From assembly GCA_023247445.1 (NCBI GenBank), contig JAHFGL010000003.1, forward strand, positions 78,128-142,127: a stretch of DNA of 64,000 nucleotides, given 5' to 3'. The stretch's first letter is position 1, and each line of letters starts with the position of its first letter. Source of the DNA: Candidatus Omnitrophota bacterium (GTDB taxonomy: Bacteria; Omnitrophota; Gorgyraeia; Zapsychrales; Zapsychraceae). The notes under the pieces were generated by a model. It saw only the letters and a list, made by a program, of their open reading frames with translations. It did no database searches and had not been told where the DNA came from. Below, piece by piece: positions 51,574 to 59,682 of the stretch. A program made the translations under genes and the position numbers.

Positions 51574-53361
51574 TTAATTTGTTTTTTTAGGTCGGTAAAT
51601 GTGTGTACTTTGACCGAAGAAACTTTCGGCGGTTTCCATCAGAGTTTCACTTAAGGTGGGGTGAGGATGGATGGTCATTTTAAGGTCAGTGACAACCGCG
51701 CCCATTTCGATAGCCAGAACACCTTCAGCAATAAGTTCTCCAGCTCCAGGACCAACGATTGAGACACCTAAAATGCGTTCTGTTGTGGGATCAATAATTA
51801 ATTTTGTAAGCCCATCGGTGCGATCAAGGGTTAATGATCGTCCGGAGGCCGCCCATGGAAATTTGACAACCTCAACAATTTTGCCTTGAGCTTTGGCTTC
51901 AGTTTCTGTTAATCCGCACCAGGCAATTTCTGGGTCAGTAAAAACAACCGCAGGAATTGCTTTTGGTTCAAAAGCCGCTTTATGACCGGCAATGCATTCC
52001 ACGGCGGTGATTCCTTCGTGGGAGGCTTTATGGGCCAGCATCGGTTGACCAGTTACGTCACCGATGGCATAGATTGACGCATCCGCGGTTTGGCGCTGAA
52101 GATTTACTTCAATAAATCCGCGGTCACTAACTTTAACTTTTGTTTTCTCCAGACCGAGTCCACTAGTATTTGGTTTTCTGCCGATTGCGACTAAAACTTT
52201 TTCATATTCTTTTGATGTTGTCTGCCCAGTTTTATCTTCAAATGTTACTTTAATTCCCGAAGAGGTTTCTTCCATCTTAAGGACTTTTGTTTCCACCATA
52301 ATTGTGCTAAGGATTGTCCTTAAACGTTTCTCAAGGATACTTGCGACATCGCGATCAGCGCCCGTCATCAGTTGTGGAAGCATCTCAACAACATCTAATT
52401 GTGTTCCTAGTTCTGCATAGACCGTTCCTAGTTCTAGTCCAATATACCCACCGCCGACGAGTAACATCGTTTTTGGAATGCTTTTCATTTCTAAGGCTGA
52501 GGTTGAATCCCATATCCGAAGAGATTTTGGGGCGATAGGAAGTTGAATGGGACTCGACCCAGTTGCAATAATAGCGCGATCAAAAGTTAATGATTCAGAA
52601 CTTCCGTCGTTCTTCGCAACATTTAAAGTGTTTGAGTTAACAAATGTAGCGCGGCCTTGGATATATTTTACTTTTCGTTGTTTACTTAATTGTCCTAAGC
52701 CACCGGTTAATTTTTTAACAACATCATCTTTCCATCCACGCAATTTATTGATATCGATTTTTGGTTTATCAAATTCAATGCCGAAATTTTTGGCTTCTTT
52801 GGATTCAGATAAAACTTTGGCAGCGTGAAGTAGGGCTTTAGAAGGAATGCATCCGCGATATAAACAAACGCCGCCTGGATTAACATCTAAATCAATGAGA
52901 GTTACGTTTAGTCCTAAGTCGGCTGCTAAGAATGCCGCGGTGTAGCCACCGGGTCCACCGCCGATGACGACGAGATTAATATCTTTTGTTGATGATAAGG
53001 GAAGAGGAGTTAGGTGTTGGGGTTCGGTTTTACTTTTGTCATCCTGAGCGGCAGCGAAGGATCTCTTGGGAGATCCTTCAGTCGCTTTCGCTCCTTCAGG
53101 ATGACGGGTAATGCCTGATGTTGATGATGTCTCTTCAACTTTAAGCACAACCTGACCGATCGTAACTTCTTGGCCAGCTTTGATTAGAATTTCTTTAACG
53201 ACACCATCGCAGGTCGAAGGGACCGGCAAGGAAGCCTTGTCTGTTTCAAGCTCGAGAAGATCTTGACCTTTTTTAATCGTGTCACCGACTTTAACAAAGA
53301 TGTTAACGACAGTTCCAGATTTTATATTTTCCCCGACCTGAGGAATTTTGAATTCAATCAT
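51574..53361 (-). CDS. lpdA: Dihydrolipoyl dehydrogenase with N-terminal lipoyl domain
   Basis: ETDKA lipoyl motif, GGGPGG, GGVCLYRGCIPSK, HPHPTLSE. Confidence 0.96.
   Translation of the reverse strand: MIEFKIPQVGENIKSGTVVNIFVKVGDTIKKGQDLLELETDKASLPVPSTCDGVVKEILIKAGQEVTIGQVVLKVEETSSTSGITRHPEGAKATEGSPKRSFAAAQDDKSKTEPQHLTPLPLSSTKDINLVVIGGGPGGYTAAFLAADLGLNVTLIDLDVNPGGVCLYRGCIPSKALLHAAKVLSESKEAKNFGIEFDKPKIDINKLRGWKDDVVKKLTGGLGQLSKQRKVKYIQGRATFVNSNTLNVAKNDGSSESLTFDRAIIATGSSPIQLPIAPKSLRIWDSTSALEMKSIPKTMLLVGGGYIGLELGTVYAELGTQLDVVEMLPQLMTGADRDVASILEKRLRTILSTIMVETKVLKMEETSSGIKVTFEDKTGQTTSKEYEKVLVAIGRKPNTSGLGLEKTKVKVSDRGFIEVNLQRQTADASIYAIGDVTGQPMLAHKASHEGITAVECIAGHKAAFEPKAIPAVVFTDPEIAWCGLTETEAKAQGKIVEVVKFPWAASGRSLTLDRTDGLTKLIIDPTTERILGVSIVGPGAGELIAEGVLAIEMGAVVTDLKMTIHPHPTLSETLMETAESFFGQSTHIYRPKKTN
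53038..53105. repeat. 68-bp GTCAT...ATGAC palindrome inside lpdA
   Basis: One mismatch versus 54312-54379; translated in-frame in the linker. Confidence 0.92.
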
Positions 53362-53363
53362 TT

Positions 53364-54641
53364 TTAAAGTCCTGTTAAATCCGGCTTTTCAATGGCTTCA
53401 GCGATCCAGCGTAGGAATCGCGCACCATCGGCCCCATCAATCAAACGATGATCATAGGAAAGAGAGAGAGGAAGTTTAAATCGCGGGACAAAAGCACCCT
53501 TTTCATAAACCGGTTCCCATGCTCCACGAGAAATTCCTAAAATTGAAACCTCTGGCCAGTTGACAATCGGAGTAAAATAAGTTCCGCCAATGCCACCTAA
53601 ATTTGTTAAGGTAATTGATCCGCCTTGTAATTCATCTAATGTTGTCTTTTTGGTACGCGCGCGTTCCGCCATTTCATTTAGTTCATCAGCCAGTTGAATA
53701 ATACTTTTCTTGTCGATATCTTTTATGACTGGAACCAGAAGTCCGCGATCCGTATCAACAGCGACACCAATGTTAAAATATTTTTTCTCAATGATTTCGT
53801 TCGTGCTCATATCAATCGAGGCATTAAATTGTGGAAATGTTTTTAAAGCCGAGGCCATTACTTTTAAAAGAAATGGGGTGATCGTTAATTTGCGTTTATC
53901 TGTCGATTTTTCTTTGCGTATTTTCTCAAGTTCGGTAATGTCCGCTTTATCGAATTGTGTGACGTGGGGAATTGTGGTCCAGCAATATGTCATATGTTCC
54001 GCTGTTTTCTTGCGGACATTGTTCATCGGTTTTCGTTCAACCGATCCCCATTTTGAGAAATCAGGCAAAGATCGTGTAGGCACACTTACGCCGCCACTAG
54101 CGCGTGAAGTGTTGAGCGCTTTTGAATAAGCTTTAACATCATCAAGAGAAATGCGTCCACCAGGACCAGTTCCCAAGACTTGGCCAATTTCGATACCAAT
54201 CTCTCGTGCGAAACGACGAACAGAGGGAGCCGCTGCAACGTCACGTTGTGGTGACATTGATCGCATGGGCATAACTGGTTGCGCCATTTGGACTGGTTTG
54301 GCAACAGTTTTGTCATCCTGAGCGGCAGCGAAGGATCTCTTAGGAGATCCTTCAGTCGCTTTCGCTCCTTCAGGATGACGAGCCGGGGTTGTTGTCGTGG
54401 CCGATGTTGTCTCATCAATTTTCATCACCAGCTGACCAATTTTTACTTCATCGTTTTCTTTGATCAAAATTTCTTTGATTGTCCCATCGACAGGAGAAGG
54501 GACTTCAAGCGCCGCTTTATCTGTTTCAAGCTCAAGGAGAGTTTGATTTTTCTTGATGACATCGCCAACTTTGACGGCAATTTTTATGACGGTGCCGGAT
54601 TTTATATTTTCTCCGACTTCGGGGAGTTTGAATTCGAACAT
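53364..54641 (-). CDS. aceF: Pyruvate dehydrogenase E2 (dihydrolipoyl acetyltransferase)
   Basis: Lipoyl ETDKA, E3-binding AAPSVRRFARE...GTGPGGRI, catalytic DHRLIDG. Confidence 0.94.
   Translation of the reverse strand: MFEFKLPEVGENIKSGTVIKIAVKVGDVIKKNQTLLELETDKAALEVPSPVDGTIKEILIKENDEVKIGQLVMKIDETTSATTTTPARHPEGAKATEGSPKRSFAAAQDDKTVAKPVQMAQPVMPMRSMSPQRDVAAAPSVRRFAREIGIEIGQVLGTGPGGRISLDDVKAYSKALNTSRASGGVSVPTRSLPDFSKWGSVERKPMNNVRKKTAEHMTYCWTTIPHVTQFDKADITELEKIRKEKSTDKRKLTITPFLLKVMASALKTFPQFNASIDMSTNEIIEKKYFNIGVAVDTDRGLLVPVIKDIDKKSIIQLADELNEMAERARTKKTTLDELQGGSITLTNLGGIGGTYFTPIVNWPEVSILGISRGAWEPVYEKGAFVPRFKLPLSLSYDHRLIDGADGARFLRWIAEAIEKPDLTGL
54312..54379. repeat. 68-bp GTCAT...ATGAC palindrome inside aceF
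   Basis: One mismatch versus 53038-53105; translated in-frame in the linker. Confidence 0.92.
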
Positions 54642-54660
54642 GGTTAACCTTTACAGTAGT

Positions 54661-54737
54661 GTCATTCCCGCAAAAGCGGGAATCTAGGACGAAAGTTTAT
54701 TTTTTATGGATGCCCGATTAAAGCATTCGGGCATGAC
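54661..54737. repeat. Intergenic GTCAT...ATGAC palindrome (ATTCCCGC..GCGGGAAT subtype)
   Basis: GTCATTCCCGCAAAAGCGGGAATC...GATGCCCGA...TCGGGCATGAC between aceE and aceF. Confidence 0.8.
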
Positions 54738-54751
54738 AGAAATCAAATACT

Positions 54752-57436
54752 TTAAGAAATCATCGGATTAAGTTTATTCGGATTAATCGACAATTCTTTG
54801 GCGGCTTTATCAAGAACATCTGCCTTAATTTTGTTTTCGCGGTAAAGTTTGCTTAACGTGGCAAAGACAATATGTCGCGCGTCGATTTCAAAGAAATCGC
54901 GTAGCGCCTTGCGGCTTTCGCTACGACCAAAACCATCGGTTCCCAGAGAAACCATCGGCCCTGGTACCCATTTGCTAATTCCATCCGACATCGCCTTCAT
55001 ATTGTCAGAGACAAAGACAAAAACGTCTTTCTCATTTTTTAAAATTTGAGTCACGTAAGGAACTTTAGGCGTTTCTTTTGGATTTAAGAAATTCCAACGC
55101 TCGATGTGAAGTGCTTCCCGGCGAAGTTCGTTGTAGCTGGTAACACTCCAGATATCGGCGGCGATATTATATTTTTCTTCTAGAATCTTCTGCGCCTCTA
55201 GCGCTTGATTCATAATTGACCCACTGCCAAAAATTTGCGCTTGAAGTGTAGCACCCTTTTTGTCTGAGGTCTTAAATTTGTACATTCCTTTTAAGATGCC
55301 TTCTTTAACACCTTCAGGCATCGCAGGCATCGGATAATTTTCGTTGCCGACACTTAAGTAGTAGAAAACATTTTCTTGTTTTTCATACATACGATAAATG
55401 CCGTCACGAATAATGATGGCTAGTTCATAAGCAAAGGCTGGATCATAGGTGACGATGTTGGGAACGCTTGAAAGTAAAAGGTGGCTGTGGCCATCTTGAT
55501 GTTGTAATCCTTCACCGTTAAGTGTTGTTCGTCCGGCGGTAGCGCCAACTAAAAATCCTCGGCAACGTGAATCCGCCGCGGCCCAGATTAAATCACCGAT
55601 ACGTTGTGGTCCAAACATCGAATAATAAATATAAAATGGAATTGTGTTGATCCCTTGTGTTGAATAAGCCGTTCCGGCGGCAATAAAAGAGGAGATGGCG
55701 CCGGCTTCATTAATACCTTCTTCTAGGATTTGACCATCTTTCGCTTCTTTGTAATAAAGAAGTGAGTCCGCATCAACTGGTTCATAAAGCTGCCCGACAT
55801 GGGAATAGATTCCGCATTGACGGAAAAGCGATTCCATCCCAAAGGTTCGCGCTTCATCAGGAATAATAGGAACAATTAATTGACCAATTGTTTTGTCTTT
55901 TAAAAGTTTGGTTAAGATACGAACATAAACCATCGTCGTTGAAACTTCACGGCCTTCGGTTCCTTTATAAAATTCTTCAAATAATTCTTCAGAAGGCGTT
56001 TGAAGAGGAACACTGTTGGCCTGACGCGAGGGAACGTAGCCGCCGAGTGCTTTGCGTCGTTCATGAAGATAAATCATTTCTTCAGAATCCGCTGCTGGTT
56101 TATAAAATGGTGTGTTCGCGGTATCTTTATCTGAAATAGGAATGTTAAATCGTGTACGGAATTGTTTTAATTCATCTTCGTTGAGCTTCTTTTGTTGGTG
56201 GCTAATGTTTTTTCCTTCGCCACTTTCGCCAAGTCCATAGCCTTTGATTGTTTTGGCTAAAATAACCGTTGGTGCGCCTTTAAAATCCATGGCCGCTTTA
56301 TACGCCGCATAAACTTTTTGAGGATCATGGCCACCGCGGTTTAAACATTCCAACTGTTCGTCGCTTAAATGTTTTACCATCTCTAACAGGCGTGGATCTT
56401 TGCCAAAAAAATGGTCACGGATATAAGCGCCAGACTCAACTGAATATTTTTGATATTCGCCATCGATAACTTCACCCATACGTTTGGCAAGAAGGCCTTC
56501 GGTATCTTTTTCGAGCAAAGCATCCCAGCCGCTGCCCCAGATAACTTTAATGACATTCCACTGCGCGCCGCGAAAGAGGGCTTCTAATTCTTGAATAATT
56601 TTGGCGTTGCCGCGAACCGGTCCATCAAGTCGCTGGAGGTTGCAGTTAATAACAAAGATTAAATTGTCGAGTTTTTCGCGAGAGGCGACAGTAATAGCGC
56701 CTAAAGATTCTGGTTCATCAGATTCACCATCGCCCATGTAGCACCAAATTTTGGCATCATCACGAGGTTTAAGGCCACGGTCTTCCAAATAACGCATAAA
56801 ACGGGCTTGATAAATACTACAAATTGGACCCAGTCCCATTGAAACCGTTGGAAATTGCCAGAAATTTGGCATAAGCCAAGGATGTGGATAAGAGGAAAGG
56901 CCGCCACCAGGCTGCAATTCTCGACGGAAATTTTCTAGATTGGTTTCAGTTAATCGGCCTTCTAAGAAAGCGCGGGAATAAACACCAGGAGAGGCATGAC
57001 CTTGAAAATAAATGAAATCACCGCAAAAATTATCCGTTCGCGCACGATAAAAATGATTAAAGCCAACTTCCCAAAGCGTTGCCGCTGAGGCGTAGGTTGA
57101 AATATGTCCACCGATTCCGCTTTCCGCATGATTGCCGCGAACGACCATCGCCATCGCATTCCAGCGAATAATACTTTTAATGCGGCGTTCAATCTCGCGG
57201 TTTCCTGGGTAAGCAGGTTCTTTGCTTTTGGCAATTGAGTTTATATAGGGAGTATTAACAGTAAAGGGAAGGGTAACACCGGCTTCTTGAGCGCGGATTT
57301 GCAGCTGAGCGAGGATTTTTTGCGCTTGTTCGAGCGAGCCGTGTTTTAAAACGTAATCGAGGGAACTGAGCCACTCTTGTATTTCAATATCTTCGACTTC
57401 ATTGGATTGATTTTTTACGACACCATCGGAACTCAT
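54752..57436 (-). CDS. aceE: Pyruvate dehydrogenase E1, homodimeric type
   Basis: IGGHISTY, SSYPHPWLMP, GDGESDE, NLQRLDGP, GEGLQHQDG motifs. Confidence 0.97.
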   Translation of the reverse strand: MSSDGVVKNQSNEVEDIEIQEWLSSLDYVLKHGSLEQAQKILAQLQIRAQEAGVTLPFTVNTPYINSIAKSKEPAYPGNREIERRIKSIIRWNAMAMVVRGNHAESGIGGHISTYASAATLWEVGFNHFYRARTDNFCGDFIYFQGHASPGVYSRAFLEGRLTETNLENFRRELQPGGGLSSYPHPWLMPNFWQFPTVSMGLGPICSIYQARFMRYLEDRGLKPRDDAKIWCYMGDGESDEPESLGAITVASREKLDNLIFVINCNLQRLDGPVRGNAKIIQELEALFRGAQWNVIKVIWGSGWDALLEKDTEGLLAKRMGEVIDGEYQKYSVESGAYIRDHFFGKDPRLLEMVKHLSDEQLECLNRGGHDPQKVYAAYKAAMDFKGAPTVILAKTIKGYGLGESGEGKNISHQQKKLNEDELKQFRTRFNIPISDKDTANTPFYKPAADSEEMIYLHERRKALGGYVPSRQANSVPLQTPSEELFEEFYKGTEGREVSTTMVYVRILTKLLKDKTIGQLIVPIIPDEARTFGMESLFRQCGIYSHVGQLYEPVDADSLLYYKEAKDGQILEEGINEAGAISSFIAAGTAYSTQGINTIPFYIYYSMFGPQRIGDLIWAAADSRCRGFLVGATAGRTTLNGEGLQHQDGHSHLLLSSVPNIVTYDPAFAYELAIIIRDGIYRMYEKQENVFYYLSVGNENYPMPAMPEGVKEGILKGMYKFKTSDKKGATLQAQIFGSGSIMNQALEAQKILEEKYNIAADIWSVTSYNELRREALHIERWNFLNPKETPKVPYVTQILKNEKDVFVFVSDNMKAMSDGISKWVPGPMVSLGTDGFGRSESRKALRDFFEIDARHIVFATLSKLYRENKIKADVLDKAAKELSINPNKLNPMIS

Positions 57437-57667
57437 AGGCTGCTTTCCTTTAACTTTTAGTCTTTATATGTTTCTATCCCTCGCTTCATAAAATTTATAA
57501 TATTCCAATTCTGTTTTGATTCCAGAATAGCGAGGGATAATACCGCGCCTTGCCGAGCATAATATTGAAATTTTTTTGAAGCGCGGTATAAGTTTGAGCA
57601 TTTTAGTATGGATAAACTTAATGCGCAAGGGGTTTTTCCCTATTTAAAGTTGACTTATCTGGAATTT

Positions 57668-58339
57668 TTAATTAGAGCTAACTTTTATTACCACACCGGC
57701 TGCATTAACAGGATCCTTGTGACCAACGACAAGACTAATTTGTCCAGGATTGATGGCCGTAATTTTGCCCTCATCATCAATGCTGATGATTTCTGTGTTG
57801 GCTGGTTTGCCAGGATACAGCACATATTTTGTGCCAAACTTTGTGGAAGTGATGTCCCGTTCCACCCCATCACTGAATGTCCCATAAACGTTTATTTGTC
57901 GAGTATCGCCAACCGTTAAGGAAATAAAATCAGAATCTACCCGAAGAGATATGAGTGGACCCATTGTATTAAGAGAAAGGGGTAAGAGTAGTTCTTGGGA
58001 GTTTGTGTAAGAACCTTCAGGGGTCTTCCCGGTAGCGACTAATTTAATGTTTTCGGTTGCTTGGGATGGTATTTGATATCTGAAGGTGAAGATATTTGTT
58101 CCATTGTTTTTCTGAGTTTTGACAAATTCAGGCCCAACTAAAAGCACTTCAGCGACATGGGTTCCTTGTAATTCGATTTCAACAATTTCACCGGGTGCTA
58201 ACGAGATATTTTCTTGTGGTTTAATAAAAGACAAAGATGGTGTCTCTTGAGTCGTAGCTTCGGATATCTGTTTAGGAATTTGGTGTAATCCCAGTGCAAT
58301 AAAGGTGAAGAAGGTTATGGTAATAATTTTTATGTGCAT
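57668..58339 (-). CDS. Exported protein with Ig-like (Big_2-type) domain
   Basis: N-terminal hydrophobic signal; LTVGDTRQINVYGTFSDG...ISIDDEGKITA..PG pattern. Confidence 0.7.
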   Translation of the reverse strand: MHIKIITITFFTFIALGLHQIPKQISEATTQETPSLSFIKPQENISLAPGEIVEIELQGTHVAEVLLVGPEFVKTQKNNGTNIFTFRYQIPSQATENIKLVATGKTPEGSYTNSQELLLPLSLNTMGPLISLRVDSDFISLTVGDTRQINVYGTFSDGVERDITSTKFGTKYVLYPGKPANTEIISIDDEGKITAINPGQISLVVGHKDPVNAAGVVIKVSSN

Positions 58340-58354
58340 AAGATATCCTTTGTA

Positions 58355-58743
58355 GGAAAGCTAATGCGGCCCCAGCATTTCTAATTAATTTTAATGGTAG
58401 CTGGGACTGCACTTGTTTTCTCTATTATAAAATTTTTAGCTTAAAGGAAAACAAGTGCGGAAGGAGAGATTTGAACTCTCATACCTTGCGGCACAGGCTT
58501 CTGCACTGACTTCTCTAATAAAGATATTTATTGTAGTCAGTACTGCCCCAACTTTTTCTTTATGCTTGGGGAAACTTTAATGCGGAAGGAGAGACTCGAA
58601 CTCTCAAGGCTTGCGCCATACGCTTCTGAGACGTACGCGTATACCAAATTCCGCCACTCCCGCGAAAAATATGCTTTCAAAAATATTTAGAAAAGTCAGT
58701 GCTGTACCAACTACCATAAATTTATTAAGGAAAGTTGGTGCTG
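58355..58743. repeat. Array of ~40-bp inverted-repeat units separated by CTG/CGG trinucleotides
   Basis: Arms related to YACYRACTWY flank CTG/CGG at 58367, 58407, 58458, 58501, 58543, 58583, 58702 and 58741. Confidence 0.7.
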
Positions 58744-58777
58744 AGACCTGCGTGTCTACCAATTTCACCACTTCCGC
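58456..58777 (-). tRNA. Interrupted tRNA-Leu(CAG): 5' half 58777-58741, 3' half 58500-58456, 240-bp insertion at the anticodon
   Basis: Joined halves give an 82-nt cloverleaf GCGGAAG TGGTGAAATTGGTAGACAC G CAGGT CTCAGAA GCCTG TGCCGCAAGGTA T GAGAG TTCAAAT CTCTC CTTCCGC A. CAG is present at both junctions. Confidence 0.88.
58581..58663 (-). tRNA. tRNA-Leu(CAG), intact, nested inside the interrupted tRNA
   Basis: Acceptor GCGGGAG/CTTCCGC plus A73, anticodon arm TACGT CTCAGAA GCGTA, long variable arm, T-loop TTCGAGT; CCA not encoded. Confidence 0.95.
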
Positions 58778-58801
58778 TCAACCACAAATTTTTGGAAAAG
58801 A

Positions 58802-58844
58802 GCGGAAGAGTCCTCCGAGCGAGAGCGAAGGAGGGCACTTCCGC
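58802..58844. other. Hairpin closed by the tRNA-Leu acceptor-stem sequence
   Basis: GCGGAAG...CTTCCGC arms with an inner CCTCC/GGAGG stem, between the promoter and the tRNA. Confidence 0.6.
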
Positions 58845-58852
58845 AATGATTT

Positions 58853-58887
58853 CCGCCCAGTATACCCAGAATCAAATAGTCTGTCAA
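58853..58887 (-). promoter_or_regulatory. sigma70 promoter of the tRNA locus with GC-rich discriminator
   Basis: Minus strand TTGACA (58887-58882), 17 bp spacer, TATACT (58864-58859), then GGGCGG. Confidence 0.82.
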
Positions 58888-58931
58888 TTGATCCACAATG
58901 GAAACGTTTTCAAAGAAAATGGTTTTACCAC

Positions 58932-58959
58932 TTGTGAAATTCTGGGGGGGGGGTACACT
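58932..58959 (+). promoter_or_regulatory. Putative promoter with a G10 tract in the spacer
   Basis: TTGTGA, 16-bp spacer containing G10 (58944-58953), TACACT. Confidence 0.55.
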
Positions 58960-59009
58960 TATATTAAAGTAATTTATAAAATAAATTTTAACAATTTTAT
59001 AAAGGAGAG

Positions 59010-59540
59010 TTGATTATGAGAATGGTTAAATCATTGCTTACAGTAATTTGTGTTTCACTAGGAATGCTGCTTATGACGAGTCTATCACAGGCACAGATGG
59101 TTCCTACACCAGATTTAAAGATTCAATTGATTGCAAAAGATGCAACGACACATTCCAAGGTTACAGCAGCTACTACAGCGATTGAAGTTGACGCATTAAT
59201 CACAAATCTTTCCTCTAATGCGTATGGTGCCATTCTGGTAACGTTAAGTAAAACTAACACTAACCAGAATTCCGCTCTTTATATCACTAATCGTCCAAGT
59301 AATGCTTTCGTTGATCTATATACGGGAAGTGTTTCACAAGCTGGATATGATCCCAATCCGCCTTTTTCTTCACATCTTTATTATATCATTGGGACTGGAC
59401 AAAAATTGACGTTGACTAATGTTAAGAAAACAGAACCGATTGTTCTACATGCTGATTTGCAAATTAAAGTATTTGATCCTTCAGGTGCGGTTTATTCTAC
59501 AATTAAGACCCAGGTGGAAGATGTTATATTTCAACCATAG
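59010..59540 (+). CDS. Exported hypothetical protein
   Basis: SD AAGGAG, signal peptide ending SQA, Thr/Ser-rich beta-type mature region; followed by a terminator. Confidence 0.75.
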   Translation: MIMRMVKSLLTVICVSLGMLLMTSLSQAQMVPTPDLKIQLIAKDATTHSKVTAATTAIEVDALITNLSSNAYGAILVTLSKTNTNQNSALYITNRPSNAFVDLYTGSVSQAGYDPNPPFSSHLYYIIGTGQKLTLTNVKKTEPIVLHADLQIKVFDPSGAVYSTIKTQVEDVIFQP

Positions 59541-59573
59541 ATATTGAATGAATGTAAAGAAATGTGTTTTGTT

Positions 59574-59615
59574 TAAAGAAGGCAGCACTTTAAGAATAAA
59601 GTGCTGCCTTCTTTA
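59574..59615 (+). terminator. Intrinsic (possibly bidirectional) terminator
   Basis: TAAAGAAGGCAGCACTTTA / TAAAGTGCTGCCTTCTTTA perfect inverted repeat. Confidence 0.75.
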
Positions 59616-59682
59616 TTATAAATCTTTGCGCGCGCCCTTGATTTTATTTGAAAGATCAATTCTTGTGTTATAATCTCTGCCT

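Noticed and set aside
53106-53361. Lipoyl domain on LpdA as a novelty
   Set aside because: Known in several bacteria; only the embedded palindrome is notable.
440-57234. Numerous short antisense or alternate-frame ORFs within housekeeping genes
   Set aside because: They are fully nested in well-supported genes and have no motifs or SD support.
58501-58740. Canonical group I intron in tRNA-Leu
   Set aside because: A U|...G| boundary is possible, but only ~157 AT-rich nt remain outside the inner tRNA and I cannot build P3-P7-P9 or find proper P/Q/R/S elements.
58355-58743. CRISPR array
   Set aside because: Periodic, but there are no identical direct repeats with unique spacers and no cas genes in the window.
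58611-59013. ORFs 58611-58937 and 58735-59013
   Set aside because: They overlap tRNA genes and promoters on the opposite strand and have no protein-like features.
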